Below, piece by piece: positions 52,201-64,000 of a stretch of DNA of 64,000 nt. Under the pieces are notes generated by a model. The model ran no database searches and was not told the origin of the DNA. It was given only the letters and a program-made list of their open reading frames with translations. The first letter of the stretch is position 1; every line of letters starts with the position of its first letter. Where the stretch lies: NCBI GenBank assembly GCA_002189035.1, contig NEEC01000021.1:248001-312000 (forward strand), in the 5' to 3' direction. The position numbers and the translations under genes were made by a program. The stretch is from Utricularia gibba. Lineage: Eukaryota > Plantae > Magnoliophyta.

Positions 52201-54177
52201 GTTTTCACTGATTTCTTCCGAATAGCTGGTTATAGGATCAAGGAATAGCCTACTCTCCCTTACACTCTGATTGACAAGGAGGCACGGGAATAGCCTCATG
52301 TGATCCCCCTTGAACGATTAGGAAGACAAGAGGATTGCCTTCGATTGCCTTCAAAACCGAATTGTGCGCGTGTGCCCAGTTGTTGCCAATGACCAGTGGC
52401 AAGTCCGAGGTCACAACCTGTCCACTGTCGCGGTACCTAGGCCACAAATAATCTGCTACTTCCCTCGAACCAGCAGGGTTGGAGTTGGTGCTCTTCACCT
52501 TGATCTTCACCAAAATCCACGAGAAGTGGCCTGTACTCATGGACCTTGACTAAGAGTCGTTACAGAAAGACTGCAACAAGATGAGTGGAAGTATGCGGAA
52601 TCCGAATTGAATTCAGTGAAGAACCGAGTGTATTGCTCATGACTTGGAAGGAAGCGTCATCTACTTCCCAGAAACTAAAGGTTTTAGCTCAAAAGGGCCA
52701 TGGAAAACAAAAACGAAAAGAAACTAAGTGTTCTTCCTCCTTGAGGGGAGGAAGAACTCAAAAGTTCTAAGTACAAGAGAAATTGTTCAAAAGTTCTAAA
52801 CTAAGTGCTCCAAGTGGCTTTTATATAACTTCCCACGTGCATTAACTCCTTTGGGTCCCCTTCCCATCATTCCTTCTGTCTTGCGTGCGCCAGCAGCCTT
52901 TCTTTGCGTGCAAGTTTGTGCCCAACAATTGCTGCAGACTCTGACATGCCGTAAGTCATGGGCCTTGACCAGTGTCAGTTTTCCGCCCACAATCATTCCA
53001 ACTCGCGTACAAGGCACGAAAACTCAGAGTCTGACCACCTGTAACACTCCTGCAACACTCCTGATAGTCTCCTGACATGCCTCGATCAAAGTGTGAGAAA
53101 AAAAGGCATAAAATATACACAAAATGGGAAAATAGGAATTTTCTAGTAAAAATCAAATACTTAATAATAAGACTCATAATTGGGTGACTTATCACTTAAT
53201 TAATACATAATAATACCTAAATAATAACTAGAAAATGACACTTAACAGTCGTTTCTAAATTCTATCATCAAATGAATATTTGTACCCTACCAAGTCAAGT
53301 TAACCAGTTGACATCAAGTTTACATGGAGCTTTCGGGCATGTCTGACATCCTCCAATGTTAGGCTATGTACTAGATGAGTTACAACATCTTGACCAATTT
53401 TTCATTTTTACTGAATCAGATTTTGTGACCTTATAGCTTCTCAAACTTTCTTTATCTGCCACATCATGATAGGAGGCAACAAAGTCTATAAACCAAATTC
53501 AAAAGCTAGAAGAACAACCAATTCATCATCAATACTTTGATGCAAAAGACATTGATCCATTAAAAGAAACTTTAAAATTCCAATGTTTATTCCTCTTTTC
53601 ATTCTCCTTCGTTTTCTGGTAGTGTGGATAAGCATTTCTATGGTGGCCTTTCTTTTCATAATGAATGTAGGATCGTGTATCTTTGTCAAGTTCTGATTTT
53701 TATCTCTATTTACATACTTATCACACTCACTTGACTTTCCCTTGAAAACTTTCTTCTAGATTTCTTATTCAGTTTTCTTCCCTTACTTTTGGAGTCACCA
53801 TATGCTAATAGGCTGATCTTTGGATTCAAATTCTTCCTTCTCAATCCTTCATGGCAGTTGCCATCTCTTACAAACAACTGAATTTTGTTCATAGTAGTTT
53901 TTGGATGAAGCATCTCTTACAACTCATCTCACAATTTATAAGCATCTAGATTTTCAATCACTCTATAATAATAACTATTATCAATGTTGAGTAGGATCAT
54001 AAAGCAAACTTTGTGATGTATTTTGTTCTGAGCTCTATCCATGATCCCATCTTCTCCCTCACCAAAAATGTGTCCAAAAAATTCTTACAATCGAGTGCAA
54101 CTTGAATCTTTGTACTTGATAATGATTAGTTCATCCCATTCAACACCCCTCAAGAGTAACTCCGCTCACATACCACT
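49240..54177 (-). mobile_element. Degraded Ty1/copia (Tnt1-like) internal region, interrupted by the solo LTR at 51943-53247; a decayed 5' LTR probably extends right of 54177
   Basis: PBS-like TGGTATGTGAGC at 54175-54164. Protease LEDVRH..LHVNLMSTG; LWHQRLGH; integrase YLTFINDHARKSWIYL..KSDVLEIF; RT ..DDIL and FEMKDLGA; RNase H NENAISLSKNPMFHFRTKHV. Many stops and frameshifts. Confidence 0.9.
51943..53247 (-). mobile_element. Solo LTR, family C copy 2 (1305 bp), nested in the copia pol
   Basis: TGTTGCA...CTTAACA. TSD GTCGT at 51938-51942 and 53248-53252. TATATAAA on the minus strand at ~52822-52829. The copia reading frame continues across the insertion. Confidence 0.92.
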
Positions 54178-55991
54178 GTTACGAATAGATGTTGGGTGTT
54201 AACAATATGCAATATTAATTTGATAAAACAAGTAAAATTGGCACATGGTAATGGTAACTCGAATACATAGAATGCGGATTAAACCGGGGGCCTACAAATC
54301 TTTGACTTAGAATATATCATCTATCATCAATATTCACCATAATAGATAGAACATCAAACTATCACAGCATGACAGAGTTTTAATTAAGAGAAAGAAAAAA
54401 AAGAAGCACTTCAACAATAAGAAATTGCTCAAGCATTAAAGGTCAATTCACACCTTCAACCAACACTTAGATCTACATACTCAATTTGTCATTATGAAGA
54501 TCCCAATCTCTAAAGGATTTTCCCCTTCAACCTTTTTGTAAAACCCTTTACTTAGATGAGTGGGGTTATTTCATACGTAATTATTCATCTTGGACGTCTA
54601 CCAAAAATTGATTTTGATATTGAATTATTATTTCATAGCAGTCCAACATTTGTGAAATAACTCCAACCTAACATTCAAAGCATATAATGTAAAAATAACG
54701 TTTTTCATTTGAAAACAAGCATAATTAGAAATGAAAATAATAAAGCTTGTTAATATATCAAAGTGGATAAATGATGGATGCAAATAGTTTTAATATATAT
54801 TTCTAATATCCCAATTTATTCGAGAAATAGAAAGCTATAATTTTATATCATAGAAATAAGGTTTGTAGATTTATGGTTGTGATTGATTCAAGTGATATCT
54901 GATAAATTTATTTGATGTTAATAACAAATAGTGAAGAATTAAAGGAGAAAAAAAGTATGAATTTCATTAGATTCTTTTGTCTTTTATATATTTATTTGAT
55001 TTAATCTATTTATTATATTATTTAAATTTATAAAATAAAATAAAATAAAATATTGGAGATAATGTATTTCTTTTTTTTTTAATTTACTATATTCTTTTGT
55101 GATGAAGTACAATTATCAACATTTACTCCATTGTCGGAGTTGAGTCATTTTGCGCCAGTATCAAGATTCACAACTCTTATATAAGTCATCTTGTGTAAGA
55201 CTTTTAAATGTTGTGTGATTAATGGTGATTACCAACAAGGTTTGGAATATATTGGTATCTCACATTGATTAACAATTGTTATTAACTCATCTTACGACTA
55301 AAGCCATATGTTCTTTTATAACATCACATTCTTCATCAACAATAATAGAAAATTTAGATTTACTAATTTAAAAATTTCAAACCATTTGTTTAGTATTTTT
55401 AGTAAAAATAATGATCTGATTTTTGCAATGAGAATGAATGCATTTTTGCCGTCTGGAAATTTTATTGGTGAAGATGAAGGGGATAGGAGTAGGACACTCG
55501 CTACGCCGTTCGGGGTGGGAATTCAGCAACAGCTTCGCCGCTCTTCGCTGCCGTTGACCCCTGAATTTTAGGTTTTTTTTTTCTACGTTTACCAACCCAG
55601 AAAATGGTTTCATCTTTCGCTGCTCCATTTGGGCTGCTTGTTTAATTACTGTAATTCCTAAGCTTAATCGTTGTGTATTTTGGATTTATGGGTGGATTGC
55701 CAAGTGACTGTGGTAGTTGTTCTTGGAAAATTATGGGGGGCAAGCGTTCATTTTGCTGCTGTTACGAGCTGTGGTATGATTTACGCTCGGAATAGCGTTG
55801 TTCAGTGGAGGATCTTCTGTATTTTCCTTGATGCACATGCTGAAGGATAGTTTTTTTACCTTCGCTTAATGAAAGTTTCGATGATTCATATTATTTTGCG
55901 TGACAGAGTAGTCCTTTGGGAGTCTTTTCGTCTTGGGCGTTTTTCTGATGTTTGACTCTTTTCGTTGCTTTAAGGTGAGCTTTATAGCCTA

Positions 55992-58001
55992 ATGGCAGCC
56001 TGTTTATTCTTCAAATATGGATGCTTGTCCTCCTCATTGTGCATGAAGCCCTTTGCTTTGCACTCAAAAACGGATGCCAGATTGTCTCATGGCCACTCAT
56101 TCTTCTTTTTAAGAAACCCCCCTCAAATGTTAAATGGTCAATCACGTCGAAACAGAGGTAAACTTCAACTGAAGTGTATGGGTAGAAGTCAAAATGGTAC
56201 TGGAGACATGGGCCACTGGGAAAAATGGATACCCAAGGATTTCTTTGGTGCAAATCAAGTATTTGGAGCTATTGCAGGGGTGACCTCTAGTCCCATTGCT
56301 CAGTACATATCATCCCCCACGACCTTGCATAAAGTGGATCCTAGAATCAAGATGGTATGCATGTTTATTTTTTTTTATTATTATTATTTTTGTTGAATGT
56401 CATCATCGTCGTTCATGTTCTGAGTTCCTTTTTTTTTTTTTTTACTTTGCAATCATCTTTTGGTACTTGATGTTTTCTCTTTTTGCTTGTTTCACACCTC
56501 ACTTCTTTGCGATTTTCTGGTTATTGGTTTATTTACTGGTCCTGGAGACAGGTTTTTCTGAAGACTGATTCTTACCAGCGTCAATTCAATAGTGATTTTT
56601 CCATTATATCGATAGTAATGCTAATATTTGAAAGTACAGGTTTGGCTGTTTGCTTTGGTGTTTTTGCCAGCAAAATCCGGTATGGTTGTGCGGCTCGGAG
56701 TGGTTATCTTTCTATGTTTGTTATCAATATGGGTTCAGCCTACTGAAGTATGGAAGGTGAGGATACACATTTGATCTGACTTATGAGTGCCTTTGACGAA
56801 AGAAAGCTTAAGCGTCTCAATTGAGCCACATAAGCCATATCTGGTCTGGAATTTGCTTGTTGTAAGTAGCCTTATTATTGATGCGCAACATTGTTGTAGG
56901 ACCAACTGGGGAGAGTAACCTTACTCTGTGGTGTCTTGTTTGTTTTGTTGGCATTGACTTCCGATAGTGCTCCGTCTCTTCTGTGCTCTAGAAGCCCTCC
57001 ACCTTCCATCTCAGGATTACAAACCCTTCCCACATCATTCGAAGGCTATAAGTACGTAATCATGAAGTTTGGGCCTTTTCAGCTCACTAGAAAGAGCCTG
57101 GCAGCATCTACTACTGCAGCATGTTTGACATTCACTGTAAGGCATCTGTGCTTGTTAGTACATCTCAAAAAGCATTACTGCAGAAGCACCTCTAGTGTTC
57201 CATATTTTGTTGGATTATTCATCTCCTCCTAAACATTTGTCCCGTGTAGTACTCACTCATGCACATTTTGTTGTTACTTTGAAGGTCTTCCAAAGTGCTA
57301 GCCTTTGCCTTACTACCACAATGTCTGAACAACTTGCATTTTCTTTACGTTGGTTTATTTCACCCTTTGCAAATCTCGGTGCCCCAGTGGATGAGGTTGT
57401 CCTTGCCTTACTCCTGTCATTGAGATTCATTAATCTTGTGTTCGATGAGGTAACTCTATACTCATTTTACCTTTTGGATATACGCTTGATCTGCTGGGCC
57501 TTTTTTTTTTTTGGTTGGAATTAATGTCATCCAGCTGATAGTAGGTACGCAATGTTTCACTAGCCATCTTGTCTCGCCGAATAGAATGGCAGTATCTCAC
57601 AAAACTAGAGGCTATAGATGGTACTCTTCTTCACCGTGCAACCTCCTACACTTGTATCTCATACTCTCCTCTCTGCACGAAGAGCAAGTAACTTGTTTTG
57701 GGTGTACTTTTTGATGCAGTTTTCTTCACATTCCTTGGTCGGATCTTTAAAAACATGTACAACTATGCAAACCAAATAACTCAGGTTTGGAACATGCAAC
57801 CCTCCATTCAATCTCCCTTGTGTGTTGCTTCCTTTCCACATTGTTTCATTCTCACAGGCCATGATCGTCAGAGGTTTCCGAGGCAGCTGCAAGGAGCACA
57901 AGGTTTTGTTGTCCGCAGGCTCCTCGTCACAAATGGCCAACATCTTCTCCATTTCCAGCCTCATTGCCCTGGTCCTTGCCTCCAGATACTTTTCAACTTG
58001 A
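55992..58001 (+). CDS. ABCI12: Plastid energy-coupling-factor transmembrane (EcfT/CbiQ) protein. Exons 55992-56354, 56640-56756, 56900-57136, 57285-57449, 57545-57620, 57720-57784, 57858-58001
   Basis: Transit-peptide-like N-terminus; SSPIAQYISSPTTLHKVDPRIK, DQLGRV, GPFQLTRK, LLSLRFINLVFDEVRN, QAMIVRGFRG. All GT-AG introns are phase-consistent. Confidence 0.93.
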
Positions 58002-59049
58002 TTCCGAGTGTTGGGCTGAGTCGTGCAAGCATCCTGTTGAGATGCCATGGCTCCCATCCACCCAGCGTGAATGCATATTTTTGTAGGCGCTTGCGCAGAT
58101 ATTTCTCAGCCTCTGGTTGGACAATTATCCAAAGGGGAGGAGAGCTCGACTTCGAAGTTGGTCTACGCTTCTACGGCAAGCTTGAAGATCTGGGACTCCA
58201 TGAATCGAATGGGTGCTCTCGGGTGGGTCCATGATTTAACTTATTAATCCACTAAATCCATAAATAATCAATTAGCATATTCTACACTACAAAATGATTC
58301 GAAGCTTGCAATAAACAGAGTGCTCACTATCATACTAGAAAAAATCAAGACAACACAAAATTAGTTCCGAAAAGTAAATTTCAAAAATGATTTTCAATAT
58401 CTAAGAAGTATTTTAATTTTTATTAGAGCATAGATCCTTCATTTTCTCAAAAAATTGAAATAGTTTCAGTTTCATGGGCAGTAGAATCAACGTGTACTTT
58501 ATTCAAAAATCACTTGTAAAAATAATTATATTAAAATTGGGGTTATATCAAATAAACTTTTAAACACTCACAATTTTTAATTATTTTATTTAAAATCTAT
58601 AATAAAATGTGATACATTCTTTTAGAATTGGGTAATATTTTTAATAACATTTTTAAAGAGCTACACTTCAAATAGAAAAGTAATCTGAAGTGATAATTGT
58701 TGGATAACAAAAACTTAAAAACTTGATAAATCAAAAAATATTCAAGCATTTAAAGAATAGTAAGTTCCTCATAAAACTCATTAAATAAGCTAAAGATCAA
58801 TAAGTTTGGTTGCTTGTTGGATTAGATACAAAAAATGAATGAATAAACAAAAAAGGAGATAAACTAGATGAATTGATACTAAACCCGAAATATCTTATTT
58901 GTGAAAGTAGATGAGATAGAGAAATGAGCAATAAACATTCTTTCATTGAAAAAAGAAAATAAGAAAGAAATTAATTATTGAAGTGAATGAAATAGATGAA
59001 TGAATAAGAAACAAACGGAATTTTATAATGAGATGATAATGACAATTTA

Positions 59050-59328
59050 ATAACAAGTGTTCAATTTCAAATTCCTTCTCTTTCATGCATTTGAAGTTGA
59101 TCTTCAAGATGTTTTTTTCTATTCAATTTAAAATGAATTTCAAGTTCTTTTTTAATGAAATTTTTTTGCATCTTTTTTTTTTACTTTATCAAAAACTAAA
59201 ATATGTAAAACATAATAACTTTTTTTTTATTTTTTTCACTCATCTCTCTTCCCATAAATTTTAACATCGAATCTTGACTTGATCTTTATGTGTCTTATTT
59301 AAAAGGTCATATTATTTGGTATCAGAAC
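59050..59328 (+). mobile_element. Decayed LTR end plus tRNA-iMet PBS remnant
   Basis: TGGTATCAGAAC at 59317-59328 (one mismatch to TGGTATCAGAGC), preceded by GGTCATATTA resembling the end of the 11148 LTR. The left boundary is a guess. Confidence 0.3.
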
Positions 59329-59670
59329 TTTGAGTTTCATTTTCGTTATGAGTATTGTGTTTTTATCTTCTTGCTTATTCCGAAAAAAACAAAGGAAAAC
59401 AAATCTTTCTCCTTATTTTAGGTTTTAACAAAGTAAAAAAAAGAAGAAAAAAATAAAATACAAAAGGATTTTATTGAGTAAGATATCTAAATTCACTCTC
59501 AATTGAATAGTAAGAATACCTTGAATTATGTGTTGTTATAAATTAAAACATAATTAAAAATGTCGATTAGATATGTATTATAAAACATGCCAATTAAATT
59601 ATGAACGTTCATAAGATTTTGAATTAGGGATTTTGCTCATTCATGCCCCCCTGGGAAAACCAGTCTGTAA

Positions 59671-61341
59671 ATGATGGACGGAGAGGTTGGAAACCGGCGC
59701 CGGAGCAGTCGCGCCTCTGCCAAAGCCTGCGATTCGTCGAGTGATTACCCCAGATGGAAGCACAAGGTAATCGATATGAAATAGGCGCCGGGGCTACCGT
59801 CCCTTTTGATTATGTTCTATTCTAACCGTTTCTGTGTTGGTGCTTTTAGCTAAGAGAAAGCTGCTTATTACGGGTTCGTGAGGATCGGGACCGCTTGCTT
59901 TGGAAATCCAGATCACCCAATCGTGAGGTTCGGGTTTTGCTTTGATTTCTTTGTGTAGTTTAATGTGCTTTGGTCATTCTGCCTCGGCAAAGTGGACGGG
60001 ATGATTACTGTTGATCCTGTTATGTGTGGCTGTGTGATTCATAACAACAGGGGGGGGGGGGGGGGATGCTTTGTAGTACTTTGGAATAATATTGCAGAAG
60101 TGGATGTAATATGATATCCAGTGTGCTGTTCCAGGAATTCATCAAGTCAACTCTACAAAACATTGTTTCGGATGAATTTAGGAAACTTAAGGCCTCATCT
60201 TGCGATGAAAGTTCGGTTCCCACCTCCCAGCATGAGAATGATGATATGATATGGGAGTATGATGGTATCCACACCGCATGCCACGTTGACTGTGAAGAAG
60301 TGTTACTGGAGATGCAGAAAGTATTTTACAAGGATCTTAGAAACGAGGAAAACACCAGAGGTAGGTGGTTTGTGAAGGTGAGTCTCAACTTGCTAGATGT
60401 TGGCATGAGTTTATCCTTTAAAGAGTCCTCTTGCGAAATTCCTGTTGGGATTTTTTCTATGTGAAATGTTACATGCCAGCTGGTGGATAGTTAATCCTCT
60501 GGAGGCTCCTACGAAACTATCAAATCACAGGGAGATATTTAGCTACTCTAATTGCGTAGCATGATTAGAGACCCACTTGTTTTGCGTTTTTCGTTTTTGA
60601 TTTTGGTGTAGCATTACTGTTCTTTCTCCTTGCAGAGGATGAATGCTCGTGGGAAGATGAAGAAGATGAACATTTCGCACGCAGTGTTTATCAGCACATG
60701 CAACTTGGCAATGACCGGGTATGATGCTGGAAAAAGTTTTACCCTTGCTTCATAGTCAACCTGAATTCCAATGTTTAGGTTATGAGAACTTTTCAATGTT
60801 TTATGCTATTTTTGTGTGTCACGTAACATTTGTATTTGTGGGGGATCATGAGGAATGCAATGAAGCATTGTTTTGCTTTTCCCCACTGTTGTACCGAATG
60901 AAACTCCTTGATGTAGGCACAAGTGAGGAATGAAGTGTGTTGCCCTGTATGCAAACACGGAGAGTTGCTGGAAAGTAGCCGCTGCATTTACTGCTCTCAC
61001 TGTGAACTCGAACTAAGGAAAGGCGATGAGGTCCGTTTTTTCTATGGCTCATTCTTTTCACAAGGAAAATCTTAGTATGTTAGCAATGTCATCACCTGAA
61101 AAACAACAAAACAGTGATACATTTCTTGAGCGCTATACAGTGCCCTCAATCTGTCACTAAACTGCTCCATTGTTCTCAGGTTGATTTGAGTTGCTTGCGG
61201 CTGCGACTCCGCGATGCCTACGAAGAACATTTCCATCGGGGCTGCAGGCTAAGCCCAACCTTCACGGTGGAGACCAGGTTCGACCTGACCGCGCTGTATG
61301 TTAGATGTGGAGGCTGCAACACATTCGACATTGTGCTGTAA
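59671..61341 (+). CDS. RPAIN: RPA-interacting protein (RIP/RPAIN family). Exons 59671-59766, 59850-59927, 60135-60360, 60636-60718, 60917-61030, 61180-61341
   Basis: WKHKLRESCLLRVREDRDRLLWK N-terminal motif; DDMIWEY...CEEVLLEMQKVFY; C-terminal zinc-binding CPVC..C..C and HFHRGC...P.F...C..C. Introns are GT-AG and in phase. Confidence 0.92.
60050..60065 (+). repeat. G16 homopolymer in RPAIN intron 2
   Basis: Read directly. Confidence 0.9.
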
Positions 61342-62519
61342 GAAGCCTAGCGAACCCCTGAAAATTTAGCCAACTGCAGCAACGGAAATCATCTTCTACT
61401 TGCTAGCGGCTCCTGAACATTATGGATCCTTAGGAGGAAGACGAGCAGGTGGATGCTAACAGTTTATCAAGGGTAAGAAACTGTGCTCGAGAACTGTGTA
61501 TTATTGCTGAGCATCACTGCAATTGCATGCATGCGTTTCAGTGTCACCAGGTCCCATTCAGTATGCGTACAGTTAGACTTTTAAAATGAATATTATAGAA
61601 AAGATATTTTATTACCTCTATATATTTAAAATAAATGTAAATCAATTAAACTTCAATAACGATCACACTTGAAAATACACAATAAAAAATGCAAAAAATA
61701 AAAAAAAATCAGAAAAGAAATTCAAAGTTAGTCCAAGGTTTACACGATAAGCAAAGCGAGAGAAACCCTAGAAAAAAGAAATGGGGGAATAAATTGAAGA
61801 AACGAGGAAGAAGAATTGAAAGAATGAAGAAAATCTGCTTGAAGAATATTATGAAAAACGAAATTGTTAGAAGAAGGGTTCCTTTAATTGGGTAGATAGA
61901 GTTTTGATAGGTATGAATTTTAAAGTTTATGTTATTTAGATATGAGATAGAATTATGTTATTTCTGTTTCGTTAGAACAATTTGATTATTGAGTTTTTTC
62001 TATTAGAGTCTATAAAATAACGAAATTACTCTTATTAAAATATCAAAATTTATCTATGGTTTGTGGATTTCCGTTATCAACAAATTGCTACATTTCTAGG
62101 TTTTGGAAGAGAGTTAAGATTGGTTAATTGAATGATAGAGAAATCTGGGCAATCGAAAAGGGGTGATTCAAGACGATCATGATGAGTGGTAAAAGGGAAA
62201 AATCACATACTTGCATTGAAATGTGTTCATAAGGACTAAAACTGGAGAAGGGGTTACAACTTCTGAAGAAGGAGACTGATGTGTCTAAATAAAAGTGTCA
62301 AACTTACCCGATAACCTAAGTCATCCAAACTCGAACATGGTATGGTTCACTCAGTCAAAGAAATTATGGAAATCGATTACAACTTGTGAAGAAGGAAATT
62401 ATCCTAACATATGGAAAGAATATGCGTACGCGCACGGAAGCTCATCCGCCCGAGAATCACTAATACATGGATGAAAAGATGCTGCTTTTTAGTACAATGG
62501 TTTAGCTTAGAGGCCCTAG

Positions 62520-62948
62520 GCAGCCAAGCTTTTGTGATAGTTCAATATGGAAAATTTTCTAAACTTCCATTTTCCCATTCTGATTTTAAATGAAAAACAA
62601 CATTTGAAAAGGTTTATTGTGATTTATGGGACCAGCACCCATTGGTTCTCGTAATAGCTTCCAATATTATGCTTGCTTTATGGATGATTTTTCTCGATTT
62701 ATATGGTTCTATCCTCGTTGAAAAAAAATGATTTTGTACAAATATTTTTTCAATTTGAAGCATATATTGCTCGCCATTTCAACTCTTAAATTAAAATTCT
62801 TCAAACGTGGAGAGTTTGTTAATAACTGTTTAAAAACTCAATTCCTCAAGACAGGTATGATGCATTATTTTTCTCGCCCACATACTCATGAATAGATGGG
62901 AATGGTTGAGTGATGCCATCGAATTATTCACAAACATGGAATGACCAT
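62520..62948 (+). mobile_element. Degraded Ty1/copia integrase fragment, cut by the family C LTR at 62949
   Basis: GKFSKLPFSHS...VYCDLWGPAPIGSRNSFQYYACFMDDFSRFIWFYP...IKILQT...SRPHTHE.MGMVE.CHR. May extend left to ~62100. Confidence 0.8.
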
Positions 62949-64000
62949 TGTTGCATGTTGTTTCTTTAATAAATTTTAACTTAGAAAAACGTAAAACATA
63001 AATAAGCATAGTACAAATGTCAATCTTAGGGAGTTAAGTTTTGCGAAAAGTATTTTACACTAAACCTTTACAAATTGTCATGAGTTTGTAAAAGAAGGTT
63101 TTTGAAATACAAAAATAAAAGATACAATAAAGTATTTGAATACCGTTTTCTCATTTCGTCAATCCTCTCCTTGGCTTTTACTGATTCCTTACGAATAACT
63201 GGTTACAGAAATGGGAATAGCCTCATGTGATTCTTCCTTGGACAATTGAGAGTACAAGAGGATTGCCGCTGATTGACCTCAAAACCGAATTCTGAGCATG
63301 TACCCAACTGTTGTCAATGACTAATGTCAAGTATGAGGTCACTACTCATCCACTGTTGCAATACCTTGATCACAAACAATTCAATATCTTCTTTGAACCA
63401 ATAGGATTGGAGATGGTGCTCTTCACCTTGCTCTACATCAAAATCCGTGAAGAGTGGCTTGTTACTCATGCATTGTGACTAAGGGATATTATAGAAAGAC
63501 TACAACATGACACATGAAGATATGCAAAATTCATAAGAAATTCAGTTAAGGACTGAGATTCATGCTCCATACGTGGAAGGAAACTTCATCTGTTTCCAAA
63601 AACTTAAAAGGTTTAGCCAAGAATATCCATGAAAACAGAAAATTAAAAGCAGAAAAGTCAAGTGTTCTTCCTCCCTTTGGTTGAGAGGAAGAACAAGTTC
63701 AAGTACAAAAATAAAGTGAAAAAAGGTTCCATTCAAATTTTTCCAAATTTCTTTTAATTCACTCCCTATGTATATTAACTTCTCTACTGCCTTTCCATCT
63801 TTTTTTGTGTCTTGCATGCGCAGCCACTTTCCTATGCATGCAAGTAAGCGCTCAATTATTGCTGTAGATTCTGACATGTCATAACTCAAGGGCCTTGACT
63901 AGTATTAGTTTTCTATCCACAATTGATCTACTTCGCATACGAGTCACAAAACATTAGTATCTAGTCTCCTGCAATACTTTACGACTGCCTCCTGCCACAT
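62949..64000 (-). mobile_element. Family C LTR copy 3, running off the window end
   Basis: Starts TGTTGCATG on the plus strand like 51943 and is colinear with it. Left flank is ACCAT; the right end is not in the window. Confidence 0.85.

Noticed and set aside
55308-55628. ORFs upstream of ABCI12 as separate genes
   Set aside because: No homology recognised; better explained as the 5' UTR exon and intron of ABCI12.
60111-60134. ATG at 60111 as a gene start
   Set aside because: It is intronic; the phase-0 acceptor at 60134 joins to upstream RPAIN exons starting at 59671.
1-64000. CRISPR arrays, rRNA, tRNA and known miRNA hairpins
   Set aside because: No regularly spaced repeat-spacer array, tRNA cloverleaf, rRNA similarity or conserved miRNA sequence was seen by eye. 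An Rfam/tRNAscan run would be needed to exclude them fully.

Overview
Flowering-plant (eudicot-like) nuclear DNA, with no prokaryotic features. Seven protein-coding genes can be supported. They are PI4-kinase alpha (26 exons, ~2009 aa, two probable GC-AG introns), a B3/REM-type protein, a small MAKR/At1g67050-like protein, a VID27/CYPRO4 WD40-like protein, an intronless NYN + 2x LOTUS (MARF1-like) ribonuclease, the plastid ECF T-component ABCI12, and an RPA-interacting protein. AT-rich intergenic DNA between them is packed with retroelement debris. This includes five solo LTRs with intact 5-bp target-site duplications, a degraded L1 LINE, two degraded Ty1/copia elements, Athila-type Ty3/gypsy fragments and a Harbinger Myb/SANT remnant. 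No intact element is present. The most unusual structure is a ~3.3 kb fold-back at 43689-46976: two ~1.1 kb LTRs of one Athila-type subfamily in inverted, convergent orientation around a PBS-gag spacer, ~0.8 kb downstream of the NYN/LOTUS gene. It is a candidate long-hairpin siRNA source against an LTR family with at least three other copies in this window. A GC-rich island at ~33.5-33.75 kb with regularly spaced 11-12 codon ORFs and downstream splice signals is also unexplained. All exon boundaries, TSDs and identities were read by eye; family assignments rest on recalled motifs, not database searches.
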